From NCBI RefSeq assembly GCF_963921235.1, contig NC_086097.1:161326001-161390000 (forward strand): a DNA stretch of 64,000 nucleotides. Direction: 5' to 3'. Under the pieces are notes generated by a model, which was not told the DNA's origin, ran no database searches, and saw only the letters and a program-made list of their open reading frames with translations. The number at the start of each line of letters is the position of its first letter. Within the stretch, counting starts at the first letter, position 1. Of the stretch, positions 38,930 through 49,849 are shown piece by piece. The stretch is from Mobula hypostoma. Taxonomy: Eukaryota. Made by a program: the position numbers and the translations under genes.

Positions 38930-40180
38930 CAAACCAGGTCAGAGTCCAGTACAGCAGGCATGCTACCGAGCACCAGAACGTCTGGTGAAGGCGTTGAAGG
39001 AGGAGGTCTGCTTGATGTTGGAGCTGGGAGTCATCGAACTGTCTGAAAGTGAGTGGAGTAGCCCTATTGTCATTGTGCCGAAGAAGGATGGAAATCTTTG
39101 CATTTGCATTGACTTTAGGAAACTGAATGCCATCTCATTTTTCAATGCCTACCCGATGCCCTGGATTGAGGACCTGTTGGAGAGCCAGTCCCAGCCCCTC
39201 ACTGCATTCAGGACCCCTCTAGGCCTCTTTCAGTTCACGGTGACGCCCTTTGGCTTGCGTGGTGCCCCAGCCACATTCCAGAAGGCTTATAGGCAGAGTG
39301 CTGCCAGGTTGTGAGGTCTGCAGCACAGCCTATTTGGATGATGTGGTCATTTTTAGCCTGACCTGGGAGGAACATCTGGAGCACCTTCGTCGAGTCCTAG
39401 GTGCAATCAATGTGGCAGGACTTACATTCAACCTGCAGAAATGTGAGTGGGCCAGGCAGGAAACCCAGTACCTGGGGTATCAGTTAGGGAGAGGAGAAGT
39501 CCGGCCTCGGGTGGACTTCAGGTTGAGGCCATTTTGAACAGCCCCAGGCCCCGTACCAAGACCCAGGTCCGGTCTTTTCTTGGCCTAGTGGCTGGTACCG
39601 ACAATTCATCCCTCACTTTTCAACCCTGGCAGCCCCATTGACTAACCTCACCTGCAAGTTGGCCCGTAATCTTGTGGAATGGAGTGAGGAATGTGAAAGT
39701 GCTTTCCAGGCCCTGAAGGAGAAATTATGCTCTTCCCCTGTGTTGCAGAGTTCTGACTTTGAACGCCGCTTCCTGGTGGATGCCTCAGGTGTGGGCATTG
39801 GGGCAGTACCGGCTCAGGGAGAGCCAGGTGAGGAACGTCCTATGTTATATCTCAGCAGGAAACTTCTGCCCTGTGAAACCCGGTACTCCACAATCGAGAA
39901 GGAGTGTCTGGCAATCAAGTGGGCGTTGGACAGCCCCAGGTACTACCTTCTTGGGAGGGAGTTTGACCTTCAGACGGACCACAGAGCCCTGACCTGGATC
40001 CAGACAATGAAGGACCGGAATGCCAGGGTGACTAGGTGGTACCTGGAACTTCAACCTTTCAGGTTCTGTGTGCGGCACAAAGCAGGCAAGGAGAACATCA
40101 CAGCGGACGTTCTGTCAAGACTGCCAAACATTGCCGCTGCAGGAGAGGAGGGTGGTAGTGTGACAAGGGCCCGTCACTGA
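38930..40180 (+). pseudogene. pol: RT and RNase H of the Gmr1-like element, frameshifted
   Basis: WSSPIVIVPKKDG, PFGL.GAPATF, AYLDDVVI, VDAS, EKECLAI and TDHRAL. Confidence 0.9.
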
Positions 40181-40659
40181 CTGCGGATGTCACATGGTGC
40201 ACTCAGTAAAACACTCATCCCCTGAAGTAATAGTGACTGGGTCAGAAACAGAGCTGCTGCATGGAGCTGTCTCATATCGAGGCAGCAGCAACCTGCACAG
40301 GTGTGCTGATGGTGGAGGATACCATCTTTAATTGGATAATTGAGTTAATTAGCTTTTGGTTGGTCTAGGGGGAGGGGCTTAGCAGTTATAAGCCTCAGGT
40401 TACCAAGGCTTTGGGGTGGTGGTGGTAATGCACCATTAAGCTGGATGCCAACTGCTGTAAAACAAGATACAGACAGACAGGCTGTGGGGTGAGGTTTCTT
40501 TTGTGTTTAGTCTGAAGGTGGCTATCTATATCTATATTGTTTCTTTTTCCAGTTTTTGTCTTGTTTTGAGGTAAATAAAAGCACCTCACTCTATTTTTGC
40601 GACTCAAGCCATCTTGTTATTTTTCTCAAACAATTGACCCACAGTTTTTTTTTGTGACA
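40159..40659 (+). repeat. 3' LTR of the Gmr1-like element
   Basis: tgtgacaa...ttgtgaca after a purine tract, with AATAAA at about 40575. Confidence 0.8.
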
Positions 40660-40685
40660 AAATCTTAACCAGGGCACTACATATG

Positions 40686-40985
40686 TATAACACAAAACAA
40701 CCCCTTCAGCCTAAAATGTCTGTACTGAATATGATGCCAAATTAAAATAAGTCTCTTCTGCCTGTCCATGATCCATATCCCTCCATTCACTACATATTCA
40801 TGTGTCTATCTCTTGAATGCCACTATCATATCTGCTTCCACCATTACCCCAGGAAACCTTTTCTAGGTGCCCTACTGCTTTCTGTGTAAAAAAAAACTTG
40901 CCCAACATGTCTCCTTTAAACTTTCCCTCTCTTACCTTAAACGCATGTCCCTTGTATATGACATTTTTCAGCCTGGGATAAAGAA
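40686..40985 (-). mobile_element. CR1 3' fragment
   Basis: Minus ORF GHAFKVREGKFKGD..GKFFFTQ. Confidence 0.8.
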
Positions 40986-41808
40986 AGGCACAACTGAGGA
41001 GAAACAATTCATTCTTCACAATATTGAAAAAGGTTTCTATATGGAAGCTGCTTGATCTACTGGGCAGCTACTAGCATTTCTGTCTTTATTTCAGATTTAC
41101 GTCATCCACTATCCCTTTCAAAAATCTCTTTATCTGGCTTTTCTTAATTTTGTTTGATCATGTTCTTATAAATGGTTTACTCCATAAAAAATGTAGTATG
41201 AGTGCCAGTTCATGCTGCTGTTCTGTACTGAATGTTTTAATGGAACATCATGGTGGTATGCAACTAATGTTACACCTAGAAGGCAAACAGCTTTAAGTGG
41301 TTACATAAAGCGGCAACAAATTGCAGTGGGAAAGGGTAATATTCATGATCACAATTTGCTAACACTTTATTCTGCTAATCCTAAAAATATGCCCAAAAAA
41401 TTCTCTTGAATACTTTGTAGCAGTTTCAGATAAATTGCTTAGATAAATGGCATGGCCTGTGACTGGAACATAAATACCATTTGAAGTAAATTAAGAATTA
41501 TTGGTTGTTTCCAAAAAGCCACTGACACTTACACAAATGATCTGTATCATCACTATATTTTAGGATACTGCTGTTCCAAATAAAAGTAATTTAGAGCTAT
41601 TCTCACAATATATTTACAATATTCAAATGTTGTATATTTTTGGGAGAAAGCATATATTGCCAGATTCCTTTCTTCTGAAACTCTGCTTTGTTGGTTGATT
41701 TTGTTTGAGAGGCAGGGGGTTTGGAGGGACTTAGGATAGAGCATATTATGTTTGTGAATCTATGAGGGAGGTTCATGGGAGGTTAGGAGCTCTGGGGCAG
41801 TTAAAACC

Positions 41809-41933
41809 GAGTTTGTGGCGATCAGAGGCTGCATTTGTGTAGGGATCAGAGTCCGAGTTTATGGGTTATCAGAAGCTGGATCTGTGGTGATCAGAGATTG
41901 GGTTTATGGGGAGCAAAGGCTGATTTTGTGGGA
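41809..41933. repeat. Degenerate minisatellite with a unit of about 23 bp
   Basis: About five copies of gtttgtgg(g)gatcagag(g)ctg. Confidence 0.6.
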
Positions 41934-42104
41934 CTTGTTAAATTCGTTTTTGTGATCTGGCCAGAATTATTATTCATCTCAGGCATGCTCTAGGTGATAT
42001 ATTGACCTTCACTCGCATTAATCTTCCAGTACTGTATCTATTTGGACTAATATTTATTTTTTTCAATTCTTCATCAACTCTAAATCTATTTTCTTCCACC
42101 ATTT

Positions 42105-43952
42105 CAAAGATGAATTATGAAAGGAAGTTGGTGATTAACATAAAAAAGGATACTAAGAGTTTTTTTTAATATATGAAGAGTAAAAGAGTGACAAGGGTAG
42201 ATACAGGACCGATTGAAAATGGTGCTGGAGAAATTATAATGGATAATAAAGAGATGGTGGAGGAACTAAATGAGTATTTTACATCAGTCTTCACAGTGGA
42301 AGACATTAGCAACATACCTGATAGCCAGAGGTATCAGGGAATAGAATCAGGTACAGTCGAGATTACTAGAGAGAAAGTGCTTGGGAAGCTAAATGGACTA
42401 AGAATAGATAAGTCTCCCGGTCCGGATGAGGTGCACCTAATGGTTTTGAAGGAGGTGGCTTTGGAGATTGTGGAAGGATTGGAAATGATCTTCCAGGAAT
42501 CAATAGACTCTGGCATGGTTCCGGAGGACTGGAAGGTCGCAAATGTAGTTCTGCTGTTTAAGAAAGGAGGGAGGCAGCAAAAAGAAAATTACAGACCTAT
42601 TAGTCTGACATTGGTAGTTGTTAAGATATTGGAGTTGATCCTCGAGGACGAGGTTATGAAATACCTTGAGGTGCATGACAAGATAGGCACAAGCCAGCAT
42701 GGTTTCATGAAGGGAAGATCCTGCCTCACCAACCTATTAGAATTTTTTGAGGTAATCTCAAATAAGATTGACAAGGGAGAGGCTGTGGATGTTGTGTATT
42801 TGGATTTTCAAAAGGCGTTCGATAAGGTGCCGCATAAGAGGCTGCTAATAAGATGAGAGACCATGGAATTACAGGAAAGATATTGGAATGGGTGGAGCAT
42901 TGGCTGATAGGCAAAAAGCAAAGAGTAGTAATAAAGGGATCCTATTCTGATTGGTTGCCGGTTACTAGTGGTGTTCCGCAGGGGTCGGTGTTGGGGCTGC
43001 TTCTTTTTACAATGTATATCGATGATTTAGATTATGGATTAAATGGTTTTGTGGTTAAGTTTGCGTATGACACCAAGATAGGTGGAGGAGCAGGAAGTGT
43101 TGAAGAAATGGAAAGGTTGCAGAGAGACTTGGTCAGTTTAGGAGAGTGGACAAAGAAATGGCAGACGAGATACAATGTTGAGAAATGTATGGTTGTACAT
43201 TTTGGAAGAAGAAATAATCGGGCAGATTATTATTTAGATGGGGAGAATATTCAAAAATTGGAAGTGCAAAGGGACTTGGGGGCCCTCATGCAGGATACCC
43301 TAAAGGTTAACCACCAAGTTGGATCAGTGGTAAGGAAAGCGAATGCTATGTTGGCATTCATTTCAAGAGGAATAGTGTATAAGAGTAAGGAGGTGTTGAT
43401 GAGGCTCTGTGGGGCATTAGTGATACCTCATTTGGAATACTGTGTGCAGTTTTGGGCCCTCAATCTTAGAAGGGAGTTCAGAGAAGATTTACGAGGATGA
43501 TTCCTGGAATGCAGGGGCTAACATATGAGGACCCTTTGTCGGCTCTTGGACTGTATTCATTAGAGTACAGAAGAATGAGAGGGGATCTCATAGAGACATT
43601 TCAAATGTTGAAAGAGTTAGACAGAGTAGATGTGGAAAGGCTGTTTCCCTTGGTGGGTGAGTCCAGGATAAGAGGCCACAGTATTAGAATTAGAGGGTAC
43701 CCAGTTAAAACAGAGATGAGGAGAAATTTTTTTAGCCAGAGGGTCGTGGATTTGAGGAATATACATAAAGCTGTGGAGGCCCAATCATTGAGGGTGTTTA
43801 ACGAGTATCTAATTAGTCAGGGTATCAAGGGATATGGGGAAAAAGCCAGAAATTGGAACAAAATGGGAGAATAGTTTAGTTCATGGAAGAGTTGCGGAGC
43901 AGACTCAATGGGCCGAATGGCCTACTTCTCCTTTGTCTTGTGATCTTGTGAT
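42105..43952 (+). mobile_element. 5'-truncated CR1 LINE (ORF2 in three frameshifted pieces)
   Basis: ORFs 42173-42856, 42853-43500 and 43497-43874. Tail cttgtgatcttgtgat. Confidence 0.95.
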
Positions 43953-44371
43953 GTCTGAAGAGGTTTTTCGTGTCTTTTTCCCTGGGGGCATAAACAATAT
44001 ATTTGTTTGCTCTCCATGCTATGGCCTTATTAATGTGTTAATATTTATTTCTTCGCATACGTAGCTATAGAAGTTTTTACAGTCGGTTTTTATGAACCTT
44101 GGCAGATTAATTTCATATTCTGGTTCCTCATTCTCTTTGAAAATCTTGAAATTCTTTCATTGAATTCTGAATTTTTCTTATCCTCAGGCTTATTATTCAT
44201 TTTGGTAATATTATTAGACTTTTCTTTTAATCTAATGTTCTTCTCAGCTACAGTTGGATCACTTTCCTGACTGGCTTTTTGTTCTGTAAAGATATAAAAG
44301 CTCTACTATGCAGCCAGACTTTATACTGTAGATGCCAATTGATCAATGTGCCAATTAACCCATTATCAAAC

Positions 44372-45047
44372 CAAGAACTCCCACCCCACTGTCCCAGTGC
44401 CAGCTGAGGAACTCCTTACCCACTGTCTCACTGCCAGCCGAGGAGCTCCCTCCCCACTGGTCCCAGTGCCAGCCAAGGAACTCCCTTCCCACTGTCCTAG
44501 TGCCAGCCCAAGAACTCCCTCCCCGCTGTCCCAGTGCCAGCCCAAGAACTCCCTCCTCACTGTCCCAGTGCCAGCTGAGGAACTCCCTTCTCCCCCACTG
44601 TCCCAGTGCCAGCCCAAGAACTCCCTCCCCACTGTCCCAGTGCCAGCCCAAGAACTCCCTCCTCACTGTCCCAGTGCCAGCCAAGGAACTCCCTCCTCAC
44701 TGTCCCAGTGCCAGCTGAGGAACTCCCTTCTCCCCCACTGTCCCAGTGCCAGCCCAAGAACTCCCTCCTCACTGTCCCAGTGCCAGCCAAGGAACTCCCT
44801 CCTCACTGTCCCAATGCCAGCCGAGGAACTCCCTCCTTACTGTCCTAGTGCTAGCCCAAGAACTCCCTCCCCACTGTCCCAGTGCCAGCCCAAGAACTCC
44901 CTTCTCCCCCACTGTCCCAGTGCCAGCTGAGGAACTCCCTTTGCACTATCCAAGTGCCAGCCCAAGAACTCCTTCAGCACCATCCCAATGCCAGCCCAGA
45001 AATTCCCTCAGCACTGTCCCAGTGCCAGTCCAGAAACTCCTTCAGTA
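44372..45047. repeat. Minisatellite, unit about 34 bp, about 20 copies
   Basis: Unit ccactgtcccagtgccagcccaagaactccctcc, with interspersed gctgaggaactcccttctccc variants and no unique spacers. Confidence 0.95.
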
Positions 45048-45529
45048 CTGTGTTGATACCAACATGAGCTTCCCTTGGCATTTTTGGAAGTGCCATTTAC
45101 TGGGGAGTGTCAAATTAATGAACTAACTGAGAAATGGGTTATTGCTCTAAATGTGCCATAAACTATATATTAATTCATTAAATGTTAACCATTCCTTGTC
45201 TACTGTTAAACTTTTGAATGTAGTTTCCTCATCTGTAATAGTCAGCTGGTGTTGATAACAATTTACTTCATTTGGATTTCAGGGCAATAATAAGAGTTAT
45301 GAATCTTTGGAAGTTTATACCCTGAGGGTCTATAGAAGCTCAGATATTGATTGCATTTAAAAATAAGACAAAGAATTTTGGATCTTATTTGGATATTCAA
45401 ATCACGTGGATATGAGGTAGGCAAGTAATATTGAGCTAGCAGCTCAGCCATGACTTAATGATGGTAGAGCAGGTTGGTCTTGTTTCTTTTGTTCTTCTGT
45501 TTTAGCTTGAACTACATCACTTATTATCT

Positions 45530-45795
45530 TCATTTAAGTTCAAAGGATTGTACAGGTTTTTCTACACAGAGTGTGCTAGGAACCTGAAATGTGTTCCCTG
45601 TGTTAGTGATGGAGGTCAACACAATAGGGACAGGCAGGAGGGTCTCAGACAGGCACCTAAAAATGCAGAATGTGGAAGGATATGGATACTGTGCAGGCAG
45701 GAGGGATTAGTTAGTGGCATTTGATTACTAATTTAATTAGTTCAACACAACTCTGTGAGCTGAAGGGCCTGTTCCTGCATTGTTCTACATTCTAT
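45530..45795 (+). mobile_element. CR1 3' end
   Basis: Same 3' UTR as 1740-1854 plus 6328-6403. Confidence 0.8.
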
Positions 45796-46124
45796 TTTAC
45801 TCCTCTGTGCTTCCTCTTTTAATATTCTAAACTTCTCCTCACCTATTCCCAACTATTTAGCCGTATCCACAATCATAGAACACTGGTCACAGATTGACTC
45901 AATCCGCTGATACAATTCTCCCCTTCCCCAGCTCTAGTGCCAGTGATGCAGGTTATTGGCCCAAAACAATTTCTTTCCTCCCACTGATAACGCTCAACCT
46001 GCTGAGTTCCTTCAACAAATTGTTGTTGCTCCAAATTCCAGTATCTACAGCCTTTCATCTCACCATTAATTACAAATCTTTTTCTCCCATCCTGGCCTTC
46101 GAGTCATGTATTCAACTAGAGTGG

Positions 46125-46427
46125 ACAGCCGGCACCTCTTCCCCAGGGCACCACTGCTCAATACAAGAGGACATGGCTTTAAGGTAAGGGGTGGGAAGTT
46201 CAAGGGGGATATTAGAGGAAGGTTTTTTACTCAGAGTGGTTGGTGCATGGAATGCACTGCCTGAGTCAGTGGTGGAGGCAGATACACTAGTGAAATTTAA
46301 GAGACTACTCGCCAGGTATATGGAGGAATTTAAGGTGGGAGTTTATATGGGAGGCACAGTTTAAGGGTCGGCACAACATTGTGGGCCAAAGAGCCTATGC
46401 TGTGCTGTACTATTCTATATTCTATGT
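46125..46427 (+). mobile_element. CR1 3' end
   Basis: TRGHGFKVRGGKFKGD...WNALP and tail tattctatattctatg. Confidence 0.88.
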
Positions 46428-46482
46428 AACTCTCTGATCTTACTAACCCTATTCTAGCTTGTATATGGCTTAGGTAATAATT

Positions 46483-47675
46483 TCAGAATCAGAATCAGGT
46501 TTATTATCACTGGCATATGACGTGAAATTTGTTAACTTAGCAGCAGCAGTTCAATGCAATACATAATGTATAGAAGAGAAAAAAAATAAAAATAATAATA
46601 AATAAATAAATCAATTACAGTATACTTACATCGAATAGTTTAGAAAACGTGCAAAAAGCAGAAATACTGTATATTTAAAAAGTGAGGTGGTGTCCAAGGG
46701 TTCAAAGTCCATTTAGGAATCGGATGACAGAGAGGAAGAACCTGTTCCTGAATCGCTGAGTGTGTGCCTTCAGGCTTCTGTACCTCCTACCTGATGGTAA
46801 TAGTGAGAAAAGAACATAACCTGAGTGCTAGAGGTCCTTAATAATGGATGCTACATTTCTGAGCCACCGCTCCCTAAAGATGTCCTGGGTACTTTGTAGG
46901 CTAGTAGCAAAGATGGAGCTGCCTAGATTTACAACCCTCTGCAGCTTCTTTTGGTCCTCTGCAGTAGCCCCCCCCCCCCATACCAGACACTGATGAAGCC
47001 TGTCGGAATGTTCTCCATGGTACATCTATAGAAGTTTTTGAGTGTATTTGTTGACATGCCTAATCTCTTCAAACTCCTAACGAAGTATAGCTGCTGTCTT
47101 GCCTTCTTTATAACAACATCGATATGTTGGGACCAGGTTAGATCCTTAGAGATCTTGACACCCAGAAATTTGAAACTGCTTACTCTCTCCACTTCTGATC
47201 CCTCTATGAGGATTGGTATGTGTTCCTTCATTTTACCTTTCCTGAAGTCCACAATCAGGTCTTTCGTCTTACTGACATAGAGCGCCAGTTTGTTGCTGCA
47301 GCACCACTCTACTAGTTGGCATATCTCACTCCTGTATGCCCTCTCCTCACCACCTGAGATTCTACCAACAATGGTTGTATCATCAGCAAATGTATAGATG
47401 GCATTTGAGCTATACCTAGCCACACAGTCATGTGTATATAGAGAGTTGAGCAGTGGGCTATGCACACACCCCTGAGGTGTGCCAGTGTTGATTGTCAGCG
47501 AGGAGGATATGTTATCACCAATCCGCACAGACTGTGGTTTTACAGTTGGGAAGTCGAGGATCCAATTACAGAGGGAGGTACAGAAGCCCAGATTCTGCAA
47601 CTTCTCAATCAGGATTGTGGGAATTATGATATTAAATGCTGAGCTATATTCGATGAACAACATCCTGACATAGGT
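46483..47675 (-). mobile_element. Rex1/Babar-like LINE, 5'-truncated
   Basis: ORF 46929-47678 gives [30 protein letters not shown] and KFLGV. (attctg)n tail. Confidence 0.93.
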
Positions 47676-48479
47676 CAAAATTTGCAGATCTCAGTAGTTG
47701 CTATCAGTTCTCACATTCCACAGCTGCAATACTGCAATATGTCGTGTCTAATTTTGTCTGAATTCCAATCTATTTTGAAGATGCAGTTTTGATTAAATGC
47801 TTGAAATTGAATTATAATAAAGTCACAGGCTAAAGATCTTCTTATTGAGAACTGCAATGTACACGCTGTGCACGAACATATTAGAAAAAATAATAAAACG
47901 GCAACGGAACTGACAGAGAACAAGACATCATCTGAAAGAAAAAAATTTTGTGATCGCTGTGGGTGGGAGGACTGACCTAAAAAGTGTCCAGCGTATCAGA
48001 AAATGTGCAACAACTGTGGTAAGAGTAATCATTTTTCACGCTGTTGCAGAAGTAGAAAGGAAATAAAACACATAAATGCAGTACTTGAAAATGAACGCGA
48101 GGAGTTTTACATAGATGTGTTTTGTGAAAACAAACAAAGTAAGAATGACTTCACTATGCAAGTGAACCAAAACATTATTCTGTTTAAATTGGATACTGGA
48201 GCACAAGTAAATATTCTTGCAGAATCTGAGTTTAATGCATTGAAGCCAAGACCAAAGTTACATCAGACAAATATAAAAGTGACTGGGTATTCTGATGCAG
48301 ACATTCCAGTTAAAGGAACACGTGTGGCGAAAGTATCACACAAAAATATTGTGCACACGCTTTCATTTGTGGTGGTGCTGAAGAATGTACAGTCAATACT
48401 GGGTCTATCTGCCTGTGAGAAACTGAATTTGGTGAAAAGAGTTTTAGTCTTGGATAGTGATACAGAGTCGGAATACAGT

Positions 48480-48649
48480 GGACAGAGGCCAAACTTGCCA
48501 GTACAGTACAAACTGATCTGAAGCCAAAGAGTGACAAGAATCAGGATCCAACTGAAGAAGTGAAAGCACAAGTGAAGGAATTGAGAAGTTTTATTGAAAT
48601 GATGAAGTCTCAGCATAAAAAAGAGATTACACAGTTAATGAATGAATTA
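48480..48649 (+). pseudogene. SH3KBP1: Captured fragment resembling the SH3KBP1/CIN85 C-terminal coiled coil
   Basis: Translates, with one frameshift near 48505, to GQRPNLPV..QTDLKPKSDKNQDPTEEVKAQVKELRSFIEMMKSQHKKEITQLMNEL. This is collinear with the human CIN85 C-terminus as recalled: GHRANSP....TEGKPK.........[33 protein letters not shown]. Confidence 0.78.
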
Positions 48650-48840
48650 CGATTTCTTCTTAAAGACCTCAAGAAAGAGCCAACTTCGGAGTTTCAATTA
48701 ACTGATGCAGACCAGACAAAACATGAAAATAACAATGAAACACAAGAACTTGTGTGAACCACTTAGAAGGTCTACTCGTGTTCGTAAACCCCAGAGAGAC
48801 TGATAGAGACATGTTAAATTATGCATTTGTTTTGATTAAT

Positions 48841-49337
48841 GGAAAGATGTCAACAAAATAGAGAGAGTACAGAGAAGATTTACTAGAATGTTACCTGGAT
48901 TTCAGCACCTGAGTTACAGAGGAAGGTTGAATAAGTTAAGTCTTTATTCTTTGGAGCGTAGAAGGTTGAGGGGGGGACTTGATAGAGGTATTTAAAACTA
49001 TGAGGGGGATAGATAGAGTTGACGTGGATAGGCTTTTTCCATTGAGAGTAGGGGAGATTCAAACAAGAGGACATGAGTTGAAAGTTAGGGGGCAAAAGTT
49101 TAGGGGTAACACGAGGGGGAACTTCTTTACTCAGAGAGTGGTGGCTGTGTGGAACAAGCTTCCAGTAGAAGTGGTAGAGGCAGGTTCAATATTGTCATTT
49201 AAAGGTATATGGACAGTAAAGGAATGGAGGGTTATGGGCTGAGTGCAGGTCAGTGGGACTAGCTGAGAGTAAGCGTTCGGTACGGACTAGAAGGGCCGAG
49301 ATGGTCTGTTTCCGTGCTGTAATTGTTATATGGTTAT
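48841..49337 (+). mobile_element. CR1 3' end inserted in the Gypsy-C 3' UTR
   Basis: ORF 48979-49242 is a CR1 C-terminus. Tail ttatatggttat. Confidence 0.9.
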
Positions 49338-49376
49338 GTATGTTGCTAATTGTCTTTCTTTTTAAGGAAAGGAAGA

Positions 49377-49523
49377 TGTGGTGATATCATGTGTCATGTG
49401 ACAGATCGAGAAGCCTGTATGTTAGACATGGTTGCTGTTTGCTGTTAAATAAAAGTTCTAGTTATGTTCTTCCAGAATATGTGTTTTTATGAGTAACCCA
49501 CGGTATGTATAAAGTACACAACA
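49377..49523 (+). repeat. Short 3' LTR (147 bp) of Gypsy-C
   Basis: tgtggtg...cacaaca inverted ends, internal AATAAA, directly after the PPT. No 5' partner in the window. Confidence 0.78.
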
Positions 49524-49849
49524 GTGTTCTTATGATCTTCTCTAAAAAGCAACCAGCCATAAATAATACAGTTGTTAATCGGGAGTTGTTAATTGGAAGA
49601 AGTGTACATAATCACTGGTGCAGAGAGTGTTTATGCCAGTACTGTTGTGTGAAATGGTTTTAATATCACTGATGTAGTGCAATATTTACTGCTGCTTTGT
49701 ATTATCATTAAATATATCTAAAAACCTGAGACTGCAGCCTTTAAAATCAAATTTTGCTCCTTCTGGTCAGATACATTCTTTGCTTACTTTGACAGGCTTT
49801 GATATCTTATCTAACTTTTCTCTGGTCATCTGCTGAGTCTTCCAAAGGC

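Larger units (their letters stand above)
36936..40659 (+). mobile_element. 5'-deleted Gmr1-like Gypsy element (PR-IN-RT-RH order)
   Basis: Protease C-half at 36936-37200, integrase ORF 37275-38927, RT at about 38930-39600, RNase H at 39638-40180, PPT at 40141-40158, LTR at 40159-40659. Confidence 0.92.
27429..40681 (-). mobile_element. Gypsy-B LTR retrotransposon with PNMA-like gag, carrying multiple nested insertions
   Basis: LTRs at 27429-28231 and 36159-36935 plus 40660-40681, TSD TATG (27425-27428 / 40682-40685), PPT at about 28232-28245, degenerate tRNA-Pro-like PBS at about 36136-36155. Confidence 0.92.
47820..49523 (+). mobile_element. Internally deleted Gypsy element (Gypsy-C): gag end, protease, host-like insert, pol tail, PPT, LTR
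   Basis: CDRCG...KKCPAYQKMCNNCGKSNHFSRCC, FKLDTGAQVNIL, pol tail LRRSTRVRKP, PPT aaggaaaggaaga (49364-49376), LTR at 49377-49523. Confidence 0.88.

Noticed and set aside
44372..45047. CRISPR array or a Pro/Ser/Cys-rich protein gene
   Set aside because: Units are head-to-tail with no unique spacers, there are no cas genes and the context is eukaryotic. The ORFs arise because the unit lacks stop codons.
48480..48649. Genuine exon of the host SH3KBP1 gene
   Set aside because: No acceptor-donor pair bounds it, both sides are retrotransposon coding sequence, and no other SH3KBP1-like exon appears in the window.
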